Source: a virus
DNA: 64,000 bases
Strand: one strand, 5' to 3'
IMG/VR virus record: IMGVR_UViG_3300030382_001297
Coordinates: 1 to 64,000 of that record
Part shown: piece by piece, positions 29,944 to 38,508 of the stretch
How the letters are laid out: each line of letters starts with the position of its first letter
How positions within the stretch are numbered: position 1 is the first letter of the stretch
Program-made: the position numbers and the translations under genes
Notes under the pieces: generated by a model
Seen by the model: the letters and a program-made list of their open reading frames with translations, nothing else
Databases searched by the model: none
What the model was told of the DNA's origin: nothing

Positions 29944-30636
29944 TTATATCCATTTTTTCCTCGCTTTTCTTAAATTTAGAACATTGTTCTCACATAGCCT
30001 AATGGCATATGTTTTCAGTTCTTTCTCTTTCATACCACCAAAATTATCTTTCAATAGTAGGAATAAATCAATTAGAGACATAGGGTCTCCATCTTTATCT
30101 TCTAAAAACTTAACTATCTCTTCAGGAACAATCCAATGATATTCCTGTTCTTCAGAATTAAATAAGGAGGGCCGGAACTTCTCTTTAACAAAAGGTTCCA
30201 TATCACTTGAGCTTAAGGCATAGCCGTTAACTGTCCTACCATGTGCTGTAGTAATTTTAGTTCGTTTAAAACCGAACACCACATCAGTGGGGTTAACGTT
30301 TTCATCTATTAGCTTAGTGAAAGTCTTTTGAAAGTGAGTATGCGTAGCTAACGTAGCAGAGAGATAAGATATATTATGCTTACCTCCTCCTACATATTCT
30401 GTTTCATTATGGTATAGACCATATGTAAATTCATTTATACGAGGTATATCTTGTTTACAGAAAACACATTCTCCATCCTCAGCCCAACATTTAACTCTAC
30501 GTCTAGTTGATTGATTCCAATGTTTAACTCTGTGTATTGGTGATATAAATGCAAATTGACCCAACGCACTCATAGAGTCCTCTAACCAAACTCTTTGACT
30601 TTTGGGTGACTGAATCCAATCTGAGTAAACACTCAT
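29944..30636 (-). CDS. Putative Zn-binding ssDNA-binding protein
   Basis: HW...RVKC...ECVFC motif and OB-like FKRTK...GYAL; next to the helicase. Confidence 0.45.
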   Translation of the reverse strand: MSVYSDWIQSPKSQRVWLEDSMSALGQFAFISPIHRVKHWNQSTRRRVKCWAEDGECVFCKQDIPRINEFTYGLYHNETEYVGGGKHNISYLSATLATHTHFQKTFTKLIDENVNPTDVVFGFKRTKITTAHGRTVNGYALSSSDMEPFVKEKFRPSLFNSEEQEYHWIVPEEIVKFLEDKDGDPMSLIDLFLLLKDNFGGMKEKELKTYAIRLCENNVLNLRKARKKWI

Positions 30637-31007
30637 TTAATGGTTATCTTTTTTCCTTTACTTTCTTCTTGTTTTTGGATTTTAATATCTAATACACCGT
30701 TGTTGAACTTAGCTTCGACCTTATCAGGGTTTAGCTCAGGAGTGAAACGTTTTCCAAAACTATAATCTCTCTCCTCTGTGGTAGCTTTTACTTCTACCAT
30801 ATGGTTGTCAACATGCATCTCTATATCCTTCTTAGCTACTCCGGGCATATCAACGGTGATAGTTATCTCACCGTTCTTATCTTCCCAGTCTCCTATGTCA
30901 CTTTCTTTATTCCATGTTGGAAACTGTGTAGCTCTGAAGCGAGGGGGTCTACTAGTTATCATATCCATCCAAGCGTCCATAAGGTCGTCCAATGGGTTAC
31001 TTCTCAT
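30633..31007 (-). CDS. Small heat-shock protein (Hsp20)
   Basis: ITVDMPGVAKKDIEM, AKFNNGVLDIKIQK, C-terminal ITI motif. Confidence 0.9.
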   Translation of the reverse strand: MRSNPLDDLMDAWMDMITSRPPRFRATQFPTWNKESDIGDWEDKNGEITITVDMPGVAKKDIEMHVDNHMVEVKATTEERDYSFGKRFTPELNPDKVEAKFNNGVLDIKIQKQEESKGKKITIK

Positions 31008-31009
31008 AT

Positions 31010-31222
31010 CTAATCCTCTACTGTTGTTGCTTTTGCTTCTGTTCTCTTCATTAATCTGAAGTATGGCTTACTTGCGCCTTCCTTCCAATATGAATTCCTG
31101 AACATAACGAATTCGTCACCAGCTTCGTTCTTGCCGGTGTAGTATACGTTACCGTTCTTATCTGTGTTTCGGAACAATCCGACTACTAGTTCTAATCCAG
31201 TTTTCTTTCTTTCGTCTGTCAT
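31010..31222 (-). CDS. Small hypothetical protein
   Basis: VGLFRNTDKNGNVYYTG...KPYFRL pattern seen in phage small beta proteins. Confidence 0.55.
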   Translation of the reverse strand: MTDERKKTGLELVVGLFRNTDKNGNVYYTGKNEAGDEFVMFRNSYWKEGASKPYFRLMKRTEAKATTVED

Positions 31223-31224
31223 AG

Positions 31225-31542
31225 TTATACTTCCTTGCTATCCACCAATGTGGACTCTCTATTTAAGGCTTTCCTTTTCTTTAGTTTGCCTGTTTTTGGG
31301 TCTATTGATATACCGTAATTATTAGCTATCTTTTCTTCTTTAGTCTTATTCTCATTAACATGAGCTTTATATCTCTTTAAAGCTTCTGTTGCTGGTCTCC
31401 AAAGATTTGCTAAACATTCTCCGCATATCCATACCGCATTTATCACTACGGATGTCTGACCTACCCAATAATCATTGTCATGAATACCTGTTTTACACAA
31501 GCTACAATGACTCATGAGTGTATCTTTTTTGATAGTGTTCAT
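31225..31542 (-). CDS. Zn-finger hypothetical protein
   Basis: CSLC...CGEC. Confidence 0.55.
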   Translation of the reverse strand: MNTIKKDTLMSHCSLCKTGIHDNDYWVGQTSVVINAVWICGECLANLWRPATEALKRYKAHVNENKTKEEKIANNYGISIDPKTGKLKKRKALNRESTLVDSKEV

Positions 31543-31808
31543 GAGTAGTGTTTACCATCCTGTTGTCCTTCCCCTGCGTTCCAGAACTTAGGGTTGTTCT
31601 CATACCTATCACATATATATTTATATGTATCGGTAAAGAACCTTTCTATGTCAATCTTCTCATCTGGTATAATTTCCATATGGAAAGGACCAATGCGTAA
31701 CATATGAGTTTGTTGCGTTTCTCTCCTCGCAGCGTCTATCTTTGTGCTTATCAATTCAGCCGCCATTTGGGCGACTTCTTCTCTATGCTCAGAAGATGAA
31801 TCTGTCAT
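31539..31808 (-). CDS. Hypothetical protein
   Basis: Coupled ORF with GGAGG RBS. Confidence 0.5.
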   Translation of the reverse strand: MTDSSSEHREEVAQMAAELISTKIDAARRETQQTHMLRIGPFHMEIIPDEKIDIERFFTDTYKYICDRYENNPKFWNAGEGQQDGKHYS

Positions 31809-32055
31809 CTATAACCTCCAGTTTGATTAATATCTTTCTCAGGTTATTTATCTTCCCATCTACTTCACTTATTCGGTTCTCTAAGTCATCAAAACGTTGA
31901 GACATATAGTCTATTCTTTTTAGTATCTCTTCTACGTTAGTGACAAAAGGAAACCAATTACTATCTTCGCTGTATTGGGCGTTTCTTTTGTTTATTTCTT
32001 CGGCCCACCTTATGTGGTGGTCTCTTTTTGCCTTCTTTTCTGATTCTATTGTCAT
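31789..32055 (-). CDS. Coiled-coil hypothetical protein
   Basis: Heptad pattern in the C-terminal half. Confidence 0.5.
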   Translation of the reverse strand: MTIESEKKAKRDHHIRWAEEINKRNAQYSEDSNWFPFVTNVEEILKRIDYMSQRFDDLENRISEVDGKINNLRKILIKLEVIDDRFIF

Positions 32056-32287
32056 GTCTGTTTCTCTTTAACATTTTCATTGTCGATTTATTCTTTCGTG
32101 GATTTAGATGATACTCCATGCCTGTATGCGCATCTTTATAATAACGGATATAACCCATCCAATAATCTCTACAATTATCTTCTGTAGGTTCTAACCCTCT
32201 TTGAACACACTTAGCCATAAGACGTTGAACCATTTTATTCTGCTTACCTTTAGCCCATATCTTATCAAATGCATCCCATCTACTCAT
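31961..32287 (-). CDS. Hypothetical protein
   Basis: ORF in the operon; its basic tail overlaps the next gene. Confidence 0.5.
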   Translation of the reverse strand: MSRWDAFDKIWAKGKQNKMVQRLMAKCVQRGLEPTEDNCRDYWMGYIRYYKDAHTGMEYHLNPRKNKSTMKMLKRNRHDNRIRKEGKKRPPHKVGRRNKQKKRPIQRR

Positions 32288-32381
32288 CTTTCTCTACCTT
32301 TAACTCACCACAGTGGGGACAGTTAAACTTATTAGCTTTCTTCATCCCCACGTAGTCTCTATCACACTGTAAACATCTCAT
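32280..32381 (-). CDS. 33-aa Zn-ribbon microprotein
   Basis: MRCLQCDRDYVGMKKANKFNCPHCGELKVEKDE; GGAGG upstream. Confidence 0.55.
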   Translation of the reverse strand: MRCLQCDRDYVGMKKANKFNCPHCGELKVEKDE

Positions 32382-32612
32382 AGGGAGTCCTCCCATTGAA
32401 TCTTATCTACTTCCACTTCAGGTATCTGATAGAAACCCTTTCTACCACATATGTTACATTTATATTCTGCCATAGTGACCTCCGAATATGCATGTTCATT
32501 AACTATTTTAACCTTTTCGTGTTTGCATCTCATGGTATAATGTAATATCCTAATATCATTCCAAATCCTAGTCCGAATAGGAACCCTGATAGCATATCCA
32601 TCGCTTGATTAC

Positions 32613-32954
32613 TCATGAGAACATACCATCATATGACTTGGTGTCTATACCATCTAGTGTATCCATTGATTTCTTTAGTTGTAAAAATTTCTCCTCCTCG
32701 TCGGTAGCAGTCTTTATCATTAACTCAAAATGTTTTACTAAGGCTAGTATAGCCATCTCTTGCCATCTTTCTAAATTGTAGAAAGAGGATACTTTCTTTA
32801 GGTCTTTACCTATGTTAGTGACGTTTATATCTCTAAAAGCTTTGACGAGTAGTTCCCATTGCTGAATCTCTTCAGTAGTCATTAATTCAGCAATAGACAT
32901 AACATCCTCATCAGCTTCTATAAGCTTACAGAAGCCGTCGAGCAATTCACCCAT
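32613..32954 (-). CDS. Hypothetical protein
   Basis: 113-aa ORF. Confidence 0.55.
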   Translation of the reverse strand: MGELLDGFCKLIEADEDVMSIAELMTTEEIQQWELLVKAFRDINVTNIGKDLKKVSSFYNLERWQEMAILALVKHFELMIKTATDEEEKFLQLKKSMDTLDGIDTKSYDGMFS

Positions 32955-32956
32955 AT

Positions 32957-33127
32957 TTAATCAACTATCTCTACGTTGACTTTCTTAAGAGCAAAGTGGC
33001 CGTCGTCTTCACATTGCATCCAAACAACGTTACTTCCTATGGCACATTCCATCTCTTCCAATATGTTATCAGGTATGTAAACCCTCTTATATTGGTCGAT
33101 TGTTTTTATGGTTCCCATTTGTTTCAT
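32957..33127 (-). CDS. AbrB/SpoVT-type DNA-binding protein (56 aa)
   Basis: TIDQYKRVYIPDNILEEMECAIGSNVVW...DDGHFALKK matches the AbrB swapped-hairpin pattern; not in the ORF track. Confidence 0.65.
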   Translation of the reverse strand: MKQMGTIKTIDQYKRVYIPDNILEEMECAIGSNVVWMQCEDDGHFALKKVNVEIVD

Positions 33128-33441
33128 TATATCACCATTCTATCAATACGATAAGCTCGGACATGCTGAGGGTGTTTATTAGTAAACTGTTTAAGGTTAT
33201 ACCTGTTGTCTACACCAATAGCATATACCATGCCTTCACTTGATACTCTTACATCCTCTACTAGGATATTTCTAACTGAGTCACTATCTCTCTCATGTTT
33301 CCATGTAGAGAAGTCGAACTCTGTTCTTACTTCAGGATTATACCTGAAGCTTACTTGCTTGTGGTTTCCGGTGGTCTGATAGTGTTCAGCCGCCCGATAA
33401 ACCTTATCGAATACGTTTGTTCTTGATTCCATATTAATCAC
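33127..33441 (-). CDS. Stand-alone WYL-like domain protein
   Basis: VSFRY...RNILVEDV...YAIGVD...RAYRIDRM; TATA promoter at ~33466-33480. Confidence 0.6.
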   Translation of the reverse strand: MINMESRTNVFDKVYRAAEHYQTTGNHKQVSFRYNPEVRTEFDFSTWKHERDSDSVRNILVEDVRVSSEGMVYAIGVDNRYNLKQFTNKHPQHVRAYRIDRMVI

Positions 33442-33566
33442 TCCGTGAACCTAATAACTAGTGTATATATAAAGCTTTCGCTATTGTATATATCACTGCT
33501 TGTAAAGTATAGACTTTCATCTGGTCTATACGTGAAATTTCTAATGGTAAATGAGTCCAAAATATA

Positions 33567-33695
33567 TCACTCATATCTCATTGTCTTCTTGTTCCATTTA
33601 AACTCTTTGGGGTCGCATATAACACAACGCCAACTACCATCAATTCCATAAACGATGGCTCTACCATCACACCTTTCGCATCTACTTATCGACAT
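33567..33695 (-). CDS. Zn-ribbon microprotein
   Basis: CERC...CVIC; GGAG RBS before MSISR. Confidence 0.5.
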   Translation of the reverse strand: MSISRCERCDGRAIVYGIDGSWRCVICDPKEFKWNKKTMRYE

Positions 33696-33712
33696 AATAC
33701 TCCCTATGTATT

Positions 33713-33997
33713 TCACCTGAGCCATAGATAATACGCTATGACCACTAAACATATTAGGTTGCCAACCGTATATAAGAGTATCTCTGTCATAGATATATCT
33801 CTTAGAATGTGGGGTAATTTATAGGTCGGCCCTTTCTTTACTTTTTGCGATTTAATATGGTCTACCTTATAATGGGGCATACTGTTCCAACACTCATCAC
33901 AAAGGTATGCTCTAATGTGAGGTTGTTCAGACATATAATGTATCCTACATTTATGACAGTTATGCCATAAAGCCTCATAGTATGGAGGTCTAGACAT
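33713..33997 (-). CDS. Zn-finger protein with C-terminal membrane anchor
   Basis: CHKC...CDEC and a hydrophobic C-terminus. Confidence 0.55.
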   Translation of the reverse strand: MSRPPYYEALWHNCHKCRIHYMSEQPHIRAYLCDECWNSMPHYKVDHIKSQKVKKGPTYKLPHILRDISMTEILLYTVGNLICLVVIAYYLWLR

Positions 33998-34448
33998 CTA
34001 TCCCCCAAATACTCAGCAGTATGAACAACTGCATCCAACCATAGCTAAATTCTTCTAAGCTCATAAAAAATAATTAGTAAATATTAGTCCTGCGTAGAGT
34101 AGAGCTATTAACAATGTAAAATAATTCCATTTAGTTAATTTGGCTAACTCATTTCGTTGTGCTTCATTCAGTCTCATATAGCTCCGGATGTAATATCTTT
34201 TTTTCTGCTTGCATCTTTACATAGCAGTCATCACATACATATGTTTGAATATGTTTACTCACTACGCTTACTCTTCTACAGTATACGCAGTCATTTATCT
34301 TAGGCATCTTATCTCCTCTTGGTCTTTACTACTCTCTTTATAGGGACTTTACTCTTATAAGGTTCGTTAAAGTCTATAAACTGTCCACCCTTCTCCGAAC
34401 TTGGCGGGAGGGTATATCCTTCATATGGTTGCTTGCTTGCTTTCTTTC

Positions 34449-34952
34449 TCATAGTATCTCTTCATATAACTTATGTAAGTTCCATCTCAATGGTGCTTTC
34501 AATCGTTCCACTTTATATGCATGTTCCTCGAACCATGCCCACTTCACTGATTTACTTTTATACTTCTTGCTGTATAGATATAACGCCTGACTTGGTGTTA
34601 TAGCATAACATTTTTTATTTCTATACTCTTCTCTTCTAATTAGGATAAGCGATATTCCGCCCTTCCTTACTAACTTGTTGCCCTCATCTATTTGGTGTTT
34701 AGCGATAGCACGCCCACTACCATAATATAGAGGAAAAGAAGTAAGATTCCTACTTGTTTTAGCCTCAAGCATAATAGGTCTACTTCTGTATACCGTAAAG
34801 AAGTCTGCTGGTTGTTTCTCAGCAACAGCTTGTTTAACGAATCTATTAATGTCATTGGTATCTTGTATCCTGAACCACCATATATGTCTTGACGACTTTA
34901 GGCTACGTCTGATTTCATTTTCAAAGTTCTTTCCTGTGTCTTTCTTTCCCAT
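34449..34952 (-). CDS. Holliday junction resolvase (RecU/Hjc-like PD-(D/E)XK nuclease)
   Basis: GKNFENEI, PADF, MLEAKTS, IAKHQI...GGISLILI. Confidence 0.8.
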   Translation of the reverse strand: MGKKDTGKNFENEIRRSLKSSRHIWWFRIQDTNDINRFVKQAVAEKQPADFFTVYRSRPIMLEAKTSRNLTSFPLYYGSGRAIAKHQIDEGNKLVRKGGISLILIRREEYRNKKCYAITPSQALYLYSKKYKSKSVKWAWFEEHAYKVERLKAPLRWNLHKLYEEIL

Positions 34953-35206
34953 ACAGCATCACTACGCTATTATAGTAGAACACAGTCATTATAGAACAGT
35001 GCTCTATATAGTAATACTATAAGGAGTTATATAAAGCTTTGCTAAATAGGGCTTATTCCTTATGTCTAAAGTAAGTTTGATGGTCGCCATAGAAGTCATA
35101 TGGGTCTTTATTGTTAATCCATTTCAATGTGCAGTCAGAACAATATCCTCCGAATAAGTCTGATTCTGCTGATGACATACGCTTCCTGCATCTTTTACAC
35201 CATTTA

Positions 35207-36103
35207 TCACTGTATTGCACGTTCCCTCACACTCTTAGGTATTTGGTCATATGTGCAATCTTCTACGTCCTTATCGTCTCTCCAATGTAAAAACTTAGGG
35301 TGTCTTATACTCCCTGATGGATACCATGTATTACCTTTAGCCTTAAAGACCTGACCAATATAAACTTCTGGGTTCTTAGTAAAATCCTGTCGCATGGCCT
35401 CAGTGAGACCCCCACAGGTGACATATACTTCTTTATCATAAAATGTTCCAATTACTCCCCCTACTTGTCCCTCATACTTTGTTCCTTCGTCTGCCATCCT
35501 AAAGGAATGACATACATATTCTACTTCAACTACTGCTTTCATTCTCGCCCATGCGTTTCGGTGTTGATACTCACTCGTGCTATCTTTAAACACAAGCCCT
35601 TCATATGCTTCACCTATAACATAGTGGTCCCATAACTCAGGCCACTGATAAGTCTCATATGTCTCTAAAATGTCGAGCCATTCTAATTCTTGTTTACATT
35701 GTTCCCAAGCCCATTCCGAACATAAAGTTCTTTCAGCTAACTCTTTTGATTCAATGTTTTTACCTTCAAATCTCAAGCAATCGAATATATAAAACTCACC
35801 ATCTATATCTCTTGTGTGCGCCCAATGGGAACCATACATATATTCTCCCAACAGAACAGAGTCTATTGTTGAATCTGATATAACTCCCTCACTCTTTTTC
35901 TTACCTGTTCTTGAGTATATAGCCCACTGTCCATTATTTATTATAAGACAACCCCAGATACCATCCATCTTCATTTGAACCATATCGTATTGTATTGGAA
36001 TCTCCCTATCCTTACGATAGATTAACTCTCTAAACTTCGGTCTATCTACTCTTGCTGAATCTATAAACTTCTCATGTGCGGGAAACCCTGTTATATCTTT
36101 CAT
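35207..36103 (-). CDS. lig: ATP-dependent DNA ligase (minimal)
   Basis: KMDGIW, LLGE, IFDCL, YEGLVFKD, WARMK, OB domain GSIRHPKFLHWRDDK. Confidence 0.88.
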   Translation of the reverse strand: MKDITGFPAHEKFIDSARVDRPKFRELIYRKDREIPIQYDMVQMKMDGIWGCLIINNGQWAIYSRTGKKKSEGVISDSTIDSVLLGEYMYGSHWAHTRDIDGEFYIFDCLRFEGKNIESKELAERTLCSEWAWEQCKQELEWLDILETYETYQWPELWDHYVIGEAYEGLVFKDSTSEYQHRNAWARMKAVVEVEYVCHSFRMADEGTKYEGQVGGVIGTFYDKEVYVTCGGLTEAMRQDFTKNPEVYIGQVFKAKGNTWYPSGSIRHPKFLHWRDDKDVEDCTYDQIPKSVRERAIQ

Positions 36104-36262
36104 TATTCCTCTAAATATCTTCTTACCATTTTTATGCTATCTTTAAGGGATTCATTTTCTGTTGTCTCAGCTACTTCAAAATCCATATCACATAACATAT
36201 GTAATGCCTTCTTCCTATCCATGTATCGAAGAACTACTCCCACTAAATGTAGGGCTTCTCCT

Positions 36263-36490
36263 CTATTGGTGACCATTCGTTTCTCCTATGTCTAATTTCT
36301 CTCCGTAAGGTCTCCACTCACTATCAGTCTGTTCGTGTCCTTCTATCTGACATTCTGGACAGTAGTGTTCAATATACCTACTATCATATCCATGTCTCCT
36401 TTGGGAAGTCATAAGCGTATTGCATGGTCTCTCATCGAGTGTCTTTCTTTGACATCTCTTATAGTATAGAGGACTTCTCATTGTTCGCAC
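36263..36490 (-). CDS. Zn-binding hypothetical protein
   Basis: Several Cys residues including CPEC. Confidence 0.45.
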   Translation of the reverse strand: MRTMRSPLYYKRCQRKTLDERPCNTLMTSQRRHGYDSRYIEHYCPECQIEGHEQTDSEWRPYGEKLDIGETNGHQ

Positions 36491-36774
36491 CTCTCACATC
36501 CGTTCCGGCAACATTCTTTACTCATGCCTTCTTCTATCTCTGGGTCAGGTTTCCAAATACCTTTAGCCATTATATCTTTCAGCCATTCATCTTGATACCT
36601 TAGTGGCATCTCCATATATATAATCTCAGCTATAGTGCTGATACATTCCTCATATTCTTTATATGTTTTGACTAAGCGTGTCTCTTCATTCTCACCACTA
36701 CCTTCTGCGATAGGGGTAACCATCTGGTTTTTCTCATACGTTCTACCGTCAGTGTATTCTGTTTTATATGTCAT
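36478..36774 (-). CDS. Hypothetical protein
   Basis: AGGAG RBS; C-terminal CCRNGCERC. Confidence 0.55.
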   Translation of the reverse strand: MTYKTEYTDGRTYEKNQMVTPIAEGSGENEETRLVKTYKEYEECISTIAEIIYMEMPLRYQDEWLKDIMAKGIWKPDPEIEEGMSKECCRNGCERCEQ

Positions 36775-36923
36775 TATTACTCCTGTTTATATTTTCTTGG
36801 TCTTAATGTTAATTTCTTTTTACTAAATCCAAATTTAGTGTCTATCCATACTACTATTTCTCTTATCATTTTTCATTTCTCCATAATGATATTTCAATAT
36901 ATATCAAATATCTATTTAAAGGT

Positions 36924-37527
36924 TGTGGTAGAGAGAGATATGAACCCAAAACAAAACTGAAAGATATAAAACCGTCATCCTTGTTTATCACTCGCAATGA
37001 GCTTACTCCTTGTGTAGTTATATATCACACTATACTTATCTTAACTACCGCATCGGCTGTTGTGCAGAGGTATAATGTTCTCAGTATATAGTTCAACAGT
37101 GACATATGCTTCTCACGAACTAAAATCGGTCTATGTCTTTCATCCTTATATACCTGCGTTCACAGTTGGTAAGCATATATGTTCATGCTCATTATGTCCT
37201 TCTAACGGACAGTGAACTACCACATGACTCAGTGACTCTACTTCTTCTGTCGTGAACGCTTTGATAGGTCTCGCTTGACGTATAGGCATGCCATCTCTCA
37301 AGATGGACGCACTCCTATACTTGGTTCTCTTATGTGTAGCACCATAACTGCTACCACACCTATCTCATAGTGTTTCTGTCCTAACTCCCCGCTTAGGGTA
37401 ATGACGCTATTATGATTAAGCGTATGGGCTTTGTTATCACTATGTATCTCATAGAGCTTGCTTGATTAGCTCAATCACTCTATGTTTCTCAGCGACTTTT
37501 GGGCGTATGATTCAGGTCTCTACCACA
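36924..37527 (-). ncRNA. Candidate ~600-nt large structured non-coding RNA
   Basis: No ORF of 60 aa or more. Ends form a perfect 11-bp stem extended by CCCAAAA/TTTTGGG, enclosing at least six nested helices. Strand inferred from flanking genes and purine richness. Confidence 0.7.
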
Positions 37528-37531
37528 TTTA

Positions 37532-37608
37532 GTGGGATAGGAGCTTCGAGAGGTAAAATGAGCCAAACAACTGTTAAGAAATAAGGTTTGAAACTCCTAT
37601 CCTATCAC
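37532..37608 (-). ncRNA. Candidate antisense hairpin sRNA
   Basis: Stem GGATAGGAG (37535-43) / CTCCTATCC (37594-602); loop complementary to RBS plus start codon sequences. Confidence 0.5.
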
Positions 37609-37716
37609 CTTAGGTTTAAAACTTTAGGAACATCCACATCCATATCATAGTAAAGAATGCTATAAGTATATACCATTCAGCTTCTTGTATGTCTCGTGGA
37701 TTACTCCATAATTCTT

Positions 37717-38244
37717 TTAGTCTTTTATATATTCTCCTGTATGTATCTTTATGCATTGTTGCTTTCCTCTATCATATGCTTCGAGATGTCCTCTGTAAAA
37801 ATCCCATGCATCTCTATTAGCATATAATTTCTTCTTATCATAAGTAGTGGCATAGTAACTCTTTGACTTACTTGCCTCCCAATCATCTTTCTTTAGGTTT
37901 TTCCCAGCGATAAAAAACTCAGGAGTATTATCAGTTCTCAGTATCCAATGGAGGAATATAAAATATCCTTCCCTCTTACTGTAAGTTCCACTGAACCACG
38001 TTTCTCCTGATGTTGTCTTTATCTCTACTGGATGACCACCCAAACGTATGTCTGGTTCAGCATCTATCTTTGGTGCTACGGCATCCTCTATCAATTCAGC
38101 CATAGCATTTTCAAGTAGTCCACTTATATCTTCTGACTTTTGTTTCTTAGTTTTAAAGAGACTCTTCTTATCATAGAAGTCAAACAACTCTTTAGTATCG
38201 CTTGTCAATCTCTCTATCACTGCTTTGTTTATGATTTCCTTCAT
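37717..38244 (-). CDS. Restriction endonuclease-like PD-(D/E)XK protein
   Basis: SGLLE...EPDIRLGGHPVEIKTT; no DNA methyltransferase recognised in the window. Confidence 0.6.
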   Translation of the reverse strand: MKEIINKAVIERLTSDTKELFDFYDKKSLFKTKKQKSEDISGLLENAMAELIEDAVAPKIDAEPDIRLGGHPVEIKTTSGETWFSGTYSKREGYFIFLHWILRTDNTPEFFIAGKNLKKDDWEASKSKSYYATTYDKKKLYANRDAWDFYRGHLEAYDRGKQQCIKIHTGEYIKD

Positions 38245-38508
38245 CTATACTGTGCCTCCTATTCTCACGTAGCAAATCTGACAATAGGGGTTTCCGCTTG
38301 TATCTCTATACCTGATATACTCTAATGCTAATCTACATTTACACGTATTACAATTACTCATCCGTCATCTCCATCTCTTCGCATTCCCAGTCATATATTG
38401 CTTGGTCTATCTCACTCCAAACTTCTTTAGGCATAGGGACATCAACTTCATTATCATCTTCATCATAGAAGACTATCTTATAAGATATAATCTTTTGCTT
38501 ATAATCCT

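Noticed and set aside
36924-37527. Group I/II intron, or a firm ROOL/GOLLD assignment
   Set aside because: It does not interrupt a recognisable gene, I saw no intron core motifs, and I could not match family-specific motifs on the expected strand.
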